Source of the DNA: Candidatus Dojkabacteria bacterium
Lineage (GTDB): Bacteria; Patescibacteriota; Dojkabacteria; B142; JAFGFJ01
Length of the DNA stretch: 64,000 bases
Direction: 5' to 3'
Assembly: GCA_016931155.1 (NCBI GenBank)
Contig: JAFGFJ010000006.1
Location: 77,115 to 141,114 of the forward strand
The notes beneath the pieces are model-generated. The model was not told the DNA's origin. It did no database searches and saw nothing but the letters and a program-made list of their open reading frames with translations. Position numbers and translations under genes: made by a program. Below are positions 41,430 through 52,476 of this stretch, piece by piece (within the stretch, counting starts at the first letter, position 1; each line of letters opens with the position of its first letter).

Positions 41430-42305
41430 CTATTCTTCAAAAGGTTTTGCAACGACCATAAACCTTTTTCCATTACTTCCGTCTGGATAACACGTAAATA
41501 AGGTCAGAGTTTTCTGATTGACTTTTCCGTTTATTATTCTTGTGTCATCTGGCTCGATTATTCCGGTACTGGACACTTTGTATTTGTATGTCGTCTCATC
41601 CATATGAATTATTATTTCATCTCCCATCCGCACTTTCCGTAGCAACGAAAATGCTGCAACCTTGTCTCCTGTTCTTTTATAATAATCTCCTGCTGCGCTG
41701 TGCCCGTAGATGACAATATTATTTTGGACATCGGATATTGGAAGACCTGTTCCTTTAAAGTGTGCCAGTGTTGTTTGAAGAACACTTTTGTACACCTCTT
41801 CTATTCCACTTTCGACATTTGCAGTTACAGCGAGTTTATCGAATTCCAGAGATTCTATTGTCAAGTAAAATATTCCCTGGTAATTATTACTAACAGGGTC
41901 TTCTTTGATAACGTTAGCCTCAAGTGCTTCTTGTGTGAGATGTTGGAAATACTGGGATCCAGGGTTTGATAAATACTGCTCTCTTGCTGAAAGAAATTCT
42001 CCTTCGACAAGAGTAACGTTGCCTTGTTCATAGTAGCCAGACACTTCTTTTAATCTCTGATCTATTTCTGGAGTGATTTGATTGTAAAGTAGTAAACCTC
42101 CTGTCGTTATTAGAATCAGAGGTATAGCAAGACTTGCTAATTTTGAAGTAGTAAGCATGTCTTGGAAGTCGTGCTTCAGACCGGATAATACTTTTCCAAC
42201 TGTCAACTGCTCTTTTGGCATTTTATTGAATATGAGAGGAAAAGCATTTTGTTCTCTACTGATATTCTTTTCGACTATTACTTTTTTGTATGAGTATAAG
42301 GCCAT
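41430..42305 (-). CDS. Sortase
   Basis: TM anchor; NIVIYGHS, LTLFTCYP, KRFMVVA. Confidence 0.9.
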   Translation of the reverse strand: MALYSYKKVIVEKNISREQNAFPLIFNKMPKEQLTVGKVLSGLKHDFQDMLTTSKLASLAIPLILITTGGLLLYNQITPEIDQRLKEVSGYYEQGNVTLVEGEFLSAREQYLSNPGSQYFQHLTQEALEANVIKEDPVSNNYQGIFYLTIESLEFDKLAVTANVESGIEEVYKSVLQTTLAHFKGTGLPISDVQNNIVIYGHSAAGDYYKRTGDKVAAFSLLRKVRMGDEIIIHMDETTYKYKVSSTGIIEPDDTRIINGKVNQKTLTLFTCYPDGSNGKRFMVVAKPFEE

Positions 42306-42402
42306 TTTCTGTAGATCTTTTCAAACTTCATAATATCATTCTTTCTTAATATAATAAAAAGGTGGTAAAATGAACAACTTAAATTAACCTCTAGTATCTC
42401 CT

Positions 42403-43503
42403 ATGGCTATTAGTCAAAAAATCAAAAAGCAGGTTCATGATTTGGTAAAAAAGGGACAGGAACAGGGGTACCTTACGCATGAGGAGGTACTTACGATTTT
42501 TCCGGAAGTTGAAGAAGATTTACAACTCCTGGAATATGTTATCACTGAACTTCAGGATTCAGATATTGAGTTGATTGAGCCTACAGAAGAGGTTGAGGTA
42601 GAGAGTCTTTCAGGCAGTCCTTCAGAGATGACATTTGAGCAGAAAGTAAATATTCTAAAAAAGATCAGGGCACATGTATCAACAGATCCAATAAGAGCCT
42701 ATCTTCATGAAATAGGAAGGATTCCACTTTTGAATAAAGAGGAAGAAGTAATTCTAGCCAAAAGGATAGAAAAAGGTGATCTTGAAGCCAAGGAGCTTTT
42801 GACTACTGCAAACCTTAGACTGGTAGTTTCTATTGCAAAAAAATATGCAAAAAGAGGGCTTGATCTTTTGGATCTTATACAGGAAGGAAATATTGGTTTA
42901 ATGAGAGCAGTTGAAAAATTTGAATACAGAAAAAATTTCAAGTTTTCGACATATGCTACCTGGTGGATAAGACAGGCAATAACCAGGGCTATCGCCGATC
43001 AGGCGAGGACAATTAGAATTCCTGTTCATATGATCGAAACAATAAATAAGCTCAATAAAGTAACGAGTGAGCTTTCAGCTAAGTTGGGAAGAAGACCTTC
43101 TGCAACTGAAATTGCAAAAGAGATGCAGATTGATGTAGATAAGGTTCATGAAATAAAAAGGATTGCTCAAAAACCTGCTTCACTTGAGGCTCCGATTGGA
43201 GAGGAAAAAGATAGTAAACTTGGAGATATTATTCCTGATGAGTATTCTGCCTCTCCTTCAGAGATTGCCAACTGGTCGTTCTTGAAAAAACAGGTTGGAG
43301 AAATCCTCGATGGACTCACTGATAGAGAAAAAAAAGTTCTTGAGCTTCGTTTTGGCTTGAAAGATGGAGTGTCTCGAACGCTTGAGGAAGTAGGTCACGA
43401 GTTTAAGGTTACTAGAGAGCGCATTAGACAGATCGAAGCAAAGGCTTTGAAGAGATTAAGAAACGATGAAGTCGCTCAAGCACTTAGAGAATACCTTCAA
43501 TGA
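42403..43503 (+). CDS. rpoD: Primary RNA polymerase sigma factor
   Basis: Region 1.1, [43 protein letters not shown]...[10 protein letters not shown]. Confidence 0.96.
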   Translation: MAISQKIKKQVHDLVKKGQEQGYLTHEEVLTIFPEVEEDLQLLEYVITELQDSDIELIEPTEEVEVESLSGSPSEMTFEQKVNILKKIRAHVSTDPIRAYLHEIGRIPLLNKEEEVILAKRIEKGDLEAKELLTTANLRLVVSIAKKYAKRGLDLLDLIQEGNIGLMRAVEKFEYRKNFKFSTYATWWIRQAITRAIADQARTIRIPVHMIETINKLNKVTSELSAKLGRRPSATEIAKEMQIDVDKVHEIKRIAQKPASLEAPIGEEKDSKLGDIIPDEYSASPSEIANWSFLKKQVGEILDGLTDREKKVLELRFGLKDGVSRTLEEVGHEFKVTRERIRQIEAKALKRLRNDEVAQALREYLQ

Positions 43504-44753
43504 TAAAAAAAACAGCTGCCTTCTTGGTTGCAGTACTTTTCCTTATTGGAGTACTGCCGGTGCAAGCAATAAACGGCAGTCAATCAAAATCAATTAGTGG
43601 TGTCCCTGCGGTTGGCTCGTTTAAAGGAGTATCTGCTGGCAATCAGACAGTTTTTTCTTCCTCCTTTAATGTGTCTTCAATTTCATCGAGTGCGCAAGTT
43701 CATTCTGCTACACTATCTATTACTCAGGCAAATGGAGCATTGGGAAATTCAACCTTTGACCTTGTGGAGAAAAGAAATGGCATCACCCTAGGAACAAAAG
43801 TCTTGTCCAACTCGGGGAATACCCATATATTCAGTGGAATCAATGATGTAATTAATGATTGGATTTCCGACCCATCTGCTAACCAGGGATTTTCCTTTAG
43901 TGCCTCTAATCTTGATGCGGATGATAATATTAGTATGACAGGGATAACGTTAAATGTTACATATTACTTTGAAGATACTGTCCCCCCTGTCATATCGAAT
44001 GTTAAGGCAAGTTCAATTACAAATACTTCTGTGAGAATTACCTGGAAGACAGATGAAGTATCATTAGGTTATGTTGATTATGGTCTTTCTAAAAGCTATG
44101 GACTTGCGGTTGTTGGAAATGACTACATTGTTGATCACGCAGTTATGATTAACGGTCTTAAGCCGGGAAGTCTTTATCACTATAGGGTTAGAGGAAAAGA
44201 TTCTTCGGGGAACGAGTCAGTTACAGGAGATTTTACCTTCACAACAACAGGGGAGAAGGAAGAAGATAGCGTTCAAGATGAAGTTATTGTAAAACAAAAG
44301 CTTCTGCCACCGAACGATCTTCGTTATGAAGTCAATGAGATAGACGGAAGTTTTGCTGTGGTTCTTAAATGGGATAAAAGCAACACTGAAGATATAGATG
44401 GCTACAGGGTATACAGAGCTGTAGATGAAAGGTTTCCTGCAGAGCTTTATATCCAACTTGATAGAGAGATATACCAATTTAGCGATAGAAATATAGAGAA
44501 GGATAAAACATATTTTTATATAGTACGTGCTTACAGTAACAAAGAGGAATCATCAGATTCAAATGAGATAGTGGTCAAGGTTGAAGAAGAAACAGTAATC
44601 AGTAAGGTTCCTATCAAACCTGGAAATCAGGCTTTTTTGATGAAACTTGGAGCGGTAAATGTTGCTGCCTTTTCACTTGTTGCTTTGGGGTATTTTTTAA
44701 TACGGAGATTCAAAAGAAAGAAAAAGAAGACGGAAAGCAAGAAATCTTTATAA
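43500..44753 (+). CDS. Fibronectin type III domain surface protein
   Basis: Signal peptide, two FN3-like domains (ITWKTD...[12 protein letters not shown]; LKWD...GYRVYR...YFYIVRAY), C-terminal TM and poly-basic tail. Confidence 0.85.
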   Translation: MIKKTAAFLVAVLFLIGVLPVQAINGSQSKSISGVPAVGSFKGVSAGNQTVFSSSFNVSSISSSAQVHSATLSITQANGALGNSTFDLVEKRNGITLGTKVLSNSGNTHIFSGINDVINDWISDPSANQGFSFSASNLDADDNISMTGITLNVTYYFEDTVPPVISNVKASSITNTSVRITWKTDEVSLGYVDYGLSKSYGLAVVGNDYIVDHAVMINGLKPGSLYHYRVRGKDSSGNESVTGDFTFTTTGEKEEDSVQDEVIVKQKLLPPNDLRYEVNEIDGSFAVVLKWDKSNTEDIDGYRVYRAVDERFPAELYIQLDREIYQFSDRNIEKDKTYFYIVRAYSNKEESSDSNEIVVKVEEETVISKVPIKPGNQAFLMKLGAVNVAAFSLVALGYFLIRRFKRKKKKTESKKSL

Positions 44754-45806
44754 GGATTTCTTGTTCTTGTATTTGTATGCCTCGTAAAGTGCAAGGAACA
44801 ATATAACGATAAGTGGTCCATACATTATTCCGAGAATACCGAATAGTTTTATTCCTCCAAGTATGCTGAAAAAAGAAATCAAAGGATGTAGTTTTACGTC
44901 TTTTTCAAGAAGTTTAGGTCTGAGAAAATTATCAATTGAACTTATTACAAGAATGCCCCACAGAAAAAGGATTATTGCGTGAATAGGTTGTCCCGAAACA
45001 AAAAGGATAATTGAGGCGGGAATCCAAACAAAACCCGAACCAAGGGGGACAATGGATAGGAAAATCATAACAAGTGTCCAGAATAAAGGAGCATCGATCC
45101 CAAGAATCCAAAACATTATACCACCCGAAATACCTTGTGCAGCACCAACAACTAAAGTTCCTTTTGCAACAGAGGTAGATATTGCGTTAAATTTCTCAAT
45201 AAAAAGATTATCAAGAGTATCGTCGAGAGGGCTGAATGCTTTGAATGTTGCTCTCAAATTCCCGTGCTCCTTGAATATGTATATGAGTGTATAGATAAGA
45301 AAAGTTGTTGCAATTACTACGTTTACTACGTCTCTCAGAAAACTGACAATAGTGGATGCACTGCCGACAATATTTCCGGCCAGATTGAGAACTGCACCCT
45401 TATAATCAACGACCTCGAACTTAAAATTGATTTTAAGTGAAGCGAGAATATCGTTTATTCTGTTTGTAAGTTCTTTCCCACTGTCTTCGAGTAAACGATT
45501 TTCGGTTATATATGTCTGCAGTGAGTCTTTTATGCTCAATGCCTGGTTTGTTGCAATTAGTAAAATAAAAACTACAGGAATAATAACAATTACAATGACA
45601 AATATAGTAGAAAGAGTAGCGGCAATATCCTTGTTTTTAATTTTTTTTAAGAAAAAGTAGTAAACAGGGCTGAATAATTCAACAAGTACAATAGATATTA
45701 CTATAATTCCAAGAAACGGTTTGAAAATAAGAAAAGAAACAATAGCAAGAGCTACAAGTAGAAAAAAGAAGAATAATTCTTTGACATGCATATGTTTTAG
45801 CTCCAT
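44748..45806 (-). CDS. AI-2E family transporter
   Basis: Multi-TM; LSIVPLGS, IDNFLRPKL, LHPL...GGIKLFGILGIMYGP. Confidence 0.9.
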   Translation of the reverse strand: MELKHMHVKELFFFFLLVALAIVSFLIFKPFLGIIVISIVLVELFSPVYYFFLKKIKNKDIAATLSTIFVIVIVIIPVVFILLIATNQALSIKDSLQTYITENRLLEDSGKELTNRINDILASLKINFKFEVVDYKGAVLNLAGNIVGSASTIVSFLRDVVNVVIATTFLIYTLIYIFKEHGNLRATFKAFSPLDDTLDNLFIEKFNAISTSVAKGTLVVGAAQGISGGIMFWILGIDAPLFWTLVMIFLSIVPLGSGFVWIPASIILFVSGQPIHAIILFLWGILVISSIDNFLRPKLLEKDVKLHPLISFFSILGGIKLFGILGIMYGPLIVILFLALYEAYKYKNKKSL

Positions 45807-47128
45807 TATTTGACTACAACTTTATAAATTCTTCCCTCGATTATATCACCAAAGTAAAAATTGCCGGATTTTTCTACAGCCAGCCCCAATGGATTGCTAT
45901 AATACTTATCTGATTGGTTACTTCTTTCTATTATAGGTGAAAGTGATAATACAGATTTGTCGATTCCTCTTGTGATAATCCCGAGGGCAATCTGTTTTCC
46001 TCTTACAGAAGTTGGGCTTGCTGTTACTCCAAAATATGAAATCAATACAGAGGTAGACTTTTCGTCTGAAGCAGGGATTGCTCCTTTTCCCTTGTGAACC
46101 TCAATATTGGTTGGGGTTACTGTCTGGTTCCACCTATGGAGTACCATATCGGTAAGACTATCAGTATCCGGATGGGAAATTCTTCTTTGAAGTGATGCTG
46201 TAGTTCCATCCCAGCCTAAATTGTTCCCTGAATTAGGAAACCTATTGTTACTTAAAAGGTTCGAATAAATGAATCTGTCATATTTATCTGGTCCCGTATC
46301 AAGGATAATAACTCTTTTATCCGGGTCAAAAGAGTCTATTGCGAGACCAGGGGCATTTCTTATTCCTATTGCCTGGATTCTCGGAGACTTCGGGTAAGGT
46401 CTTGAGCCAAGTGGATTAGAGCCATCTGCTTGTATCAAAATTATTTTTCCAGACTCCAGGCTTTTATCTTGTGCCTCTGCGGAATTGAATCCATCTCCAA
46501 TTGCAAACATAACATGAGGTTTTCCGGAAACTAGAGTACTTATCCCTTTTTGTATTTGGTGTGAAGAGCCTCCTTCAATATTTGCAGTGAAGATTGTTGT
46601 CAAATTTACTCCCGTAAGTACTCCGCTTTCCTCATTGATAATAATTTTCCCAACTTTGTTAAAGATTTTGTCCTCATTGTTTTTTTCACTGTAAAACAAA
46701 AACAGTTCCCGACTCTTTTCAAAATCAACGCTAAAAGTAATTCCTGTAAGACCATATTCCTCTGGAAAACCAGAGCAAAGAGATCCCAGAGAGAAAAATG
46801 GCACTGCCTGTCTGACCAGATTTTCACCTTGTCTTACAAATGCAGTAATATCTCCATCAAGTGAAGAGGCGAGCATATACTTGTCATCCGGAGAAATAGC
46901 TATGCTGCTTATGGATGGAATGTTTGAAGCAAAAATCGAGACTTCAAACTTGTCTTTCTCAATTGCCTCATAGCCTTCTTTGTCAATCACATCAAACAAT
47001 TGTTTCTGCTCCTGGGATTCCACTTTTCTGAAAACAGGGGGATTGAAATATATGTATCCAAGTCCTAAGGCTATTATCTGAAAGATAAGAAAATGCAGAA
47101 CTGGAAAATTACTTTTCTTTTTTTCCAT
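45806..47128 (-). CDS. Membrane-anchored glucose/sorbosone dehydrogenase-like beta-propeller protein
   Basis: EYGLTGITF, MFAIGDG, AQD...GKIILI..DGS, AIGIRNAPGL, NLGW. Confidence 0.7.
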   Translation of the reverse strand: MEKKKSNFPVLHFLIFQIIALGLGYIYFNPPVFRKVESQEQKQLFDVIDKEGYEAIEKDKFEVSIFASNIPSISSIAISPDDKYMLASSLDGDITAFVRQGENLVRQAVPFFSLGSLCSGFPEEYGLTGITFSVDFEKSRELFLFYSEKNNEDKIFNKVGKIIINEESGVLTGVNLTTIFTANIEGGSSHQIQKGISTLVSGKPHVMFAIGDGFNSAEAQDKSLESGKIILIQADGSNPLGSRPYPKSPRIQAIGIRNAPGLAIDSFDPDKRVIILDTGPDKYDRFIYSNLLSNNRFPNSGNNLGWDGTTASLQRRISHPDTDSLTDMVLHRWNQTVTPTNIEVHKGKGAIPASDEKSTSVLISYFGVTASPTSVRGKQIALGIITRGIDKSVLSLSPIIERSNQSDKYYSNPLGLAVEKSGNFYFGDIIEGRIYKVVVK

Positions 47129-47205
47129 GATTGTTTCTTTATTTTAGATAAGCTTCAGCTAATTGGCAAATGACATAAAACAAAAATATAGTTATACTTG
47201 AGCAA

Positions 47206-48054
47206 ATGAATTTTTTGAGAATAACTGATCCAAATATAGAATTGAAGGAAGGGAATTACTCTATTCCCCTTGGAAAAAGTGTGGATTTTTTTGACAGTAA
47301 AAACAGTTTCGATTTGGAAGGGTATCTTTTTCTTCCAGCAGCTCCAAAAGCTCTTATTGTTTTTCAAGGAGATATTTTTATGTCTGGAACTCATGAATTT
47401 TCAATTAAGCTTGGGGAAAGTTTGAAGGAAAGAGAGATAGCATTTCTAACTTATGACAATGCAGGCACTTCTGGGTTTGGAGGAAAAAGCGGGGGATTAT
47501 TGAGGGACTACCTTCCAGAGCAAATAAATAGAGATTTGCATCAAGCAATATTTTCCGTGAGTTCTTTAGATTTGTTTCAAAAAATCCCCATTTTTGTTGC
47601 TGGGTTTACCTATGGATGTATACCGGTTAGTACTTCGTTATATACTTTTTCAGGTATTCTTGAGGGCGCAGTTTTGCTTAGTCCTCCTGAAAATGGAAAG
47701 CATTATTATCAAAATTATTTGGAGGGCAAGATAAAAGACAAAATTAAGGTAGATGAAGAAGAAATAACTTTATACGATATTGATGGAAAAGTTTTTGAAT
47801 TGTCCAGTTTATTTTTTTCTGAGAAAAGAATGTTGATGAACGTGATTCCTCTGGTTGAAAGTGTTTACAGTTTTGTGAGGGACTTCGACAAAAAGGTAAG
47901 GCTAATTTATGCTGGGAATGATGAAATATTGGGAAATCCTCAAATCAGTTCAAAAGATCCGTTTTTCTTGATTAATGGAGCAAGCCACGATTTTGCAAAC
48001 AAGTGGGATGAAATGATTTTAGAAATTATTGATTTTGTAGCTGGACTAAAATAG
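47206..48054 (+). CDS. Alpha/beta hydrolase fold protein (GFTYG at the nucleophile elbow)
   Basis: YDNAG...GKSGG, AGFTYG, VLLSP, GNDEI, GASHDF. Confidence 0.65.
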   Translation: MNFLRITDPNIELKEGNYSIPLGKSVDFFDSKNSFDLEGYLFLPAAPKALIVFQGDIFMSGTHEFSIKLGESLKEREIAFLTYDNAGTSGFGGKSGGLLRDYLPEQINRDLHQAIFSVSSLDLFQKIPIFVAGFTYGCIPVSTSLYTFSGILEGAVLLSPPENGKHYYQNYLEGKIKDKIKVDEEEITLYDIDGKVFELSSLFFSEKRMLMNVIPLVESVYSFVRDFDKKVRLIYAGNDEILGNPQISSKDPFFLINGASHDFANKWDEMILEIIDFVAGLK

Positions 48055-48085
48055 TATTAGTAAGTACTAATTTATCTATAATGAA

Positions 48086-48808
48086 ATGGAAAATAATAAC
48101 CTTCTAAGAAAAGAACCAAAATCGAATACTTTGACTTTAATAATTCTTGGGATACTTCTACTTGCAACGTGCGTTGGTGCATATTTTATTTTGAGGATTG
48201 TTTTTGAGCCTGAACAAAAGACAAATAATGAGTCTCAGGAAAATAATGAGTCTCAGGAAAATAATGAGTCTCAGGAAAATAATGAGGAGAGGGACGTTGA
48301 AGAACTGGAAGATACAAAAAAGGAGACAGAGGAAGCTAAGAATTTAAATACTGATGGATGTGTACAAAGCACTGCTCCAGAAACCTGGCAGGAGGTGGAT
48401 AGTACCTATCTAAGTTATACAGCCTATAGACCGGGGTGGTACTTCAGGATATTTGGAGGAGGTACGACTCTTGGTCTTGATCCAAACCCGATTCCGGAAA
48501 ACAGTGAATATGCCGGAATGTTAACAATAAATAAACTTAGCGGGACAGTGGAATCACAAGTATCAAGTTTTATCTCACATCTTAAGGGCGGATCTACCAA
48601 AACTGAAATAACAGCTGGTTGTAGAGAGTGGGTTATTGTTGAAGGAATTATGCCTGCCAGTGAGCTTTTTGATGAAAAGCAGGTAAAAGCCGGTTTTACA
48701 ACTGCGGGTGGTGCTACTTTTCAGGTACTATATATGACTGGTGCAGAGACTTACTCTACACATAAGGCAAAGTTTGACACCCTTATAGATGTCATGGTCT
48801 TCAAATAG
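48086..48808 (+). CDS. Single-pass membrane protein with repeat stalk
   Basis: N-terminal TM, NESQEN repeats, extracytoplasmic C-terminal domain. Confidence 0.7.
   Translation: MENNNLLRKEPKSNTLTLIILGILLLATCVGAYFILRIVFEPEQKTNNESQENNESQENNESQENNEERDVEELEDTKKETEEAKNLNTDGCVQSTAPETWQEVDSTYLSYTAYRPGWYFRIFGGGTTLGLDPNPIPENSEYAGMLTINKLSGTVESQVSSFISHLKGGSTKTEITAGCREWVIVEGIMPASELFDEKQVKAGFTTAGGATFQVLYMTGAETYSTHKAKFDTLIDVMVFK
48223..48286 (+). repeat. 18-bp coding tandem repeat, about 3.5 copies
   Basis: aaataatgagtctcagga x3 plus aaataatgag, encoding NNESQE. Confidence 0.95.
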
Positions 48809-48811
48809 CAT

Positions 48812-50224
48812 CTACTCTTCTATTTGGATGGCGGAATAATTATCGGTAAGAGGTGAAAGGTTGAAATTATCTCGGAATTTTTTGGATGTTTCTATTTCGT
48901 TTCTATCAACGATTATCTGCTTCATTACTTTTTTAGACTCGTCACTTTTTAGATCGTTGAGGGGAATTGTTTCTGATTCATTTTTGAGAGTATATAGGTA
49001 GAAAACTCTGTGCAATTCTTTATCTGTGGCAAAGATCTGATTTGTGTTTTCAAATGATTGAATACCCTTGGGTAGAGTTGTTAGATTCATGACAATTACA
49101 ACTGCCTGAAGTGTAAAATATGCAAGAAAAAGAAATCCAATAGACTTCGAAAAGATATTTTTTGTATCATCTAAAATTCCGGCTAACTCTTTTGAGATAT
49201 ACATTATTAGAAATGGATAGGCAGGAATAACATACCAGCTGATTTTTGTCTGCAAGAGAGAAAATACGAAGATAATGCAAAGACCAATAACTGACTCGTG
49301 AGTGATTTTGAATCTGGTTAGAACAAGGAGTAAAAGAGTGGGTAAAAGTATTCCACTGATTCTGGGGTCAAGAAGCTGTTGCAGATAAAACCATATTGGC
49401 TGTGAATGACCTTCCAGCACGGATCCTGCTCTGCCAATCTGGTGATAAAGCAAATATTCGTACAAAAAATCATCTCCAAAATGGAAAAACATATAAATAT
49501 GCCAGGGAAGAATTATCAAAAGACAGACAATTGCCGGATAAAGAAAAATTTTGGCAGACTCAATAGTGGGTATCTCTTTTTTCTTTATTGAAAAAAAAAC
49601 TTTTATTGCGAGAAAGAAGATAGGCAAAAAACCGAATATGCCCTTTGTCAATATAGCAAGTGCGGAAAAAACTCCAATACAAACAAGATTTGGTATTTTT
49701 TTATAATCCCCAAACAGTCCCTCGAGAGTGAAATATCCCAGGACAATAAAAAACAACTGCAGTATGTCGCTGTCAGTAGAACGGAAATTATGAGTTGCAA
49801 AGACGCCTGCTGGACAGAATAAATATAGAGCAGGAATGGAAAGAAAAACAAGAATAGATAAATTTGCCGAAATCAGGGATGTCTTTTTTTTCAAAAATGC
49901 CCAGCATAAATATATTATTGATAAAGCAAAGAAGCCACTTATAGCCCTAAGATAGAGAATCATTGATTCCATATTTGCCTGATCAAAAACATTGTAAACA
50001 GCAATCCCCAGGAAATAAAACAGCGGTGGTTTCTCCCAGAAAAAGCTATTTGAGTATTTGAGGTTCCACCAGTCAGAGGATTTTGCCGATTCAATTATTA
50101 CACCAATATTTGTAGCCTCATCCCAAAACTGAATGTCAGCTTTACAAAGATTGCAAAAAAGGAAAACGAGAATTACTATAAACAAAATTATTGTAAATAG
50201 TGGTGAAATTAAAACTTTTTTCAT
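48812..50224 (-). CDS. ArnT/PMT-like (GT-C) glycosyltransferase
   Basis: WDEA, FWEKPPLFY, LAILTKG, LPWH, H.QPIWFY, TK..WY..PAYP. Confidence 0.88.
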   Translation of the reverse strand: MKKVLISPLFTIILFIVILVFLFCNLCKADIQFWDEATNIGVIIESAKSSDWWNLKYSNSFFWEKPPLFYFLGIAVYNVFDQANMESMILYLRAISGFFALSIIYLCWAFLKKKTSLISANLSILVFLSIPALYLFCPAGVFATHNFRSTDSDILQLFFIVLGYFTLEGLFGDYKKIPNLVCIGVFSALAILTKGIFGFLPIFFLAIKVFFSIKKKEIPTIESAKIFLYPAIVCLLIILPWHIYMFFHFGDDFLYEYLLYHQIGRAGSVLEGHSQPIWFYLQQLLDPRISGILLPTLLLLVLTRFKITHESVIGLCIIFVFSLLQTKISWYVIPAYPFLIMYISKELAGILDDTKNIFSKSIGFLFLAYFTLQAVVIVMNLTTLPKGIQSFENTNQIFATDKELHRVFYLYTLKNESETIPLNDLKSDESKKVMKQIIVDRNEIETSKKFRDNFNLSPLTDNYSAIQIEE

Positions 50225-50317
50225 GTATAAATTTGTATTGGAAATTATCCTTTACTAAAAAAAGATTAACAAGTGAAATAAATTTCTACCTGCATCGAAG
50301 ATATATAAAAGGGAAAA

Positions 50318-52444
50318 ATGATAGGTTTTTTTGGGCTAACATTTGAGGGTGTCTTTATAATTCTGGGACTCACAGTAGTTCTTTTTGTCGTTGTGAATTT
50401 AGCCTCACTTTTGAGATTTATTCTGAGGAAAAAGGGTAAGATTGTTAGAACAGAAGGTGTAAAACCCAGCAAAAAAGTAAAGAAACCGATTCTGAGTCAT
50501 TTTAGCAAAGGGGTGATAAAGCTAAAGGGGATTATGCCTAAGCCCATAAAGGTAGTTTTAAAAGGACTTTACAGCATACGTTTAATCTTTTTCGATCTTA
50601 TACTTATCGCATTTTCAATTTTTCTTTTCAACGATTTGTTTGTTCGTGCACCAGGTGTAAATTTCCACAACCCGGATATGAATTCTTATTGGAATGACCA
50701 GAATGCTGCTTTTGTGATTCAGTTTGATAGAGTTTACGATGAAGAGAAAATTATTCCACAGATTTACCCGGAAATAGCTGGAGAGTGGAAACATGAACAT
50801 CTTATGTTCCCGTTTTTAAAAAGGAAACTCGCTTTTTATCCTGAAGAGTCAATTCTGCCTGGTAATAATATTACTATCTATATTGGAGAAATAAAGGGTC
50901 TTTACCAAACCGATCCTACATGGGATAAAGTTATCGATTTAAAATCACCAGGAATACCGGAAATAGTCTCTACTTATCCTGAAAATGAGGGTTGCGATTT
51001 TGGAGTAAATGAAAAAATAGAAATAAAATTGAGCAGCCAGGATGGAAATTTTATGGACTGGGATTTTGATATCGAACCTGCGGCGGATTTTCAGGTAGTA
51101 AGAAACAATTCGGATAGAGTTTTTATTGAGTTTATAAAACCGCTTGCCCAAAGTACTACTTACAAGCTCACTACGAAAAAAACCCCTCAAAGTTACAGTA
51201 TTGAGACAGGAGATGTGCTTATTCAGGAAGAAACAATGGAGGAAGAAGACCTTTCTTTTACAACTATTAAGGCTCCAACAATCTCAAATATTGAACCTGT
51301 TGGAGACGGGGTACTTGTAGATTCAGCGATAAAAATAAAATTTGACTTTGATATGGTTAGAGAGGATGTTGAGTCAAATATTTCAATTGAACCATCTGTT
51401 GAGTATACGATTAGCTGGGAAGATGGAGCAACAATAATACTCAAGCCTGTTCTACCTTTGGAGAAAGAAAAGGATTATACAGTCAAACTCCCCTCAGGTT
51501 TGAAGAATTTAAAAGGGGGAGTAAGTGAAATTGAGGTTGCTCATTCGTTTAGGACGGTTGGGGTTGTAAGGGTAGCCTCTACCTCTCCTTCAGCTAATGC
51601 CACAGGAAGGGACGTGAATGTAAATATCAGTATCACATTTAATCAGCAGGTTGATAAAGCTAGTGCTCAATCGAAGTTTTCAATTACTCCCGCTGTTGGG
51701 GGTGCATTTTCCTGGAATGGAAATACAATGGTATTCAATCCGACAGCTTCATTAGCGTATACTACTCCGTATACGGTAAATATTGCAAAAGGGGTAAAAA
51801 CAGTGCATGGTATTGACAGCAATAGTGATTACTCGTTTAAATTTACGACTAAATCACAAATCTTTGAGCTAAATACAATAATTGTTACACAGCCATACAG
51901 GTATTCCTGTAATCTCACGGCTTCAAGAATAGCATTGAACTATAAGGGTGTAAATGTTTCAGTTGACACACTTTATTCACAAATTGTAAAAGATACAACT
52001 CCATACGATGAGGCAACTAATACCTGGGGAAACCCAAATTCGGGCTACGTTGGAAGTATAACTGGAAATCCAAAAGGTTATGGTGTTTATTGGGGACCTA
52101 TTAGAAATCTCATTAGTAGCTATCGTCCTGCAGAAACTCATACTGGATGGAATAGAACAGCTCTTCTTCAGGAAGTACAGAATAATAATCCTGTAATTAT
52201 TTGGGCACATAATGCTTATGCTGGCTCAGGTGCAGATATCTCCTGGAATCTACCAGGTGGTGGAAGGGTATATGCTGTTAAAGGAATGCATTCCTTTGTT
52301 GTTAGAGGTTATATTGGAGAGCTTGAGAATCCCACAAATATTATTCTTGTCGATCCCGCTGGAAGGGGGAGGTGGGTTATCTCCACTTCGTATTTTGATT
52401 CTCTATGGAATGTTTTTGGGAGGGCGGCAGTTGTTGTTAAGTAA
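50318..52444 (+). CDS. Membrane-anchored Ig-like (Big_5) repeat protein with C39-like peptidase domain
   Basis: Two N-terminal hydrophobic segments, repeated Ig-like units (STSPSANATG..VNVNISITFNQ), then QPYRYSC, HSFVVRGY, VDP. Confidence 0.82.
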   Translation: MIGFFGLTFEGVFIILGLTVVLFVVVNLASLLRFILRKKGKIVRTEGVKPSKKVKKPILSHFSKGVIKLKGIMPKPIKVVLKGLYSIRLIFFDLILIAFSIFLFNDLFVRAPGVNFHNPDMNSYWNDQNAAFVIQFDRVYDEEKIIPQIYPEIAGEWKHEHLMFPFLKRKLAFYPEESILPGNNITIYIGEIKGLYQTDPTWDKVIDLKSPGIPEIVSTYPENEGCDFGVNEKIEIKLSSQDGNFMDWDFDIEPAADFQVVRNNSDRVFIEFIKPLAQSTTYKLTTKKTPQSYSIETGDVLIQEETMEEEDLSFTTIKAPTISNIEPVGDGVLVDSAIKIKFDFDMVREDVESNISIEPSVEYTISWEDGATIILKPVLPLEKEKDYTVKLPSGLKNLKGGVSEIEVAHSFRTVGVVRVASTSPSANATGRDVNVNISITFNQQVDKASAQSKFSITPAVGGAFSWNGNTMVFNPTASLAYTTPYTVNIAKGVKTVHGIDSNSDYSFKFTTKSQIFELNTIIVTQPYRYSCNLTASRIALNYKGVNVSVDTLYSQIVKDTTPYDEATNTWGNPNSGYVGSITGNPKGYGVYWGPIRNLISSYRPAETHTGWNRTALLQEVQNNNPVIIWAHNAYAGSGADISWNLPGGGRVYAVKGMHSFVVRGYIGELENPTNIILVDPAGRGRWVISTSYFDSLWNVFGRAAVVVK

Positions 52445-52476
52445 GTAATACCTATTATATGTAGATCTGGGGTGTG

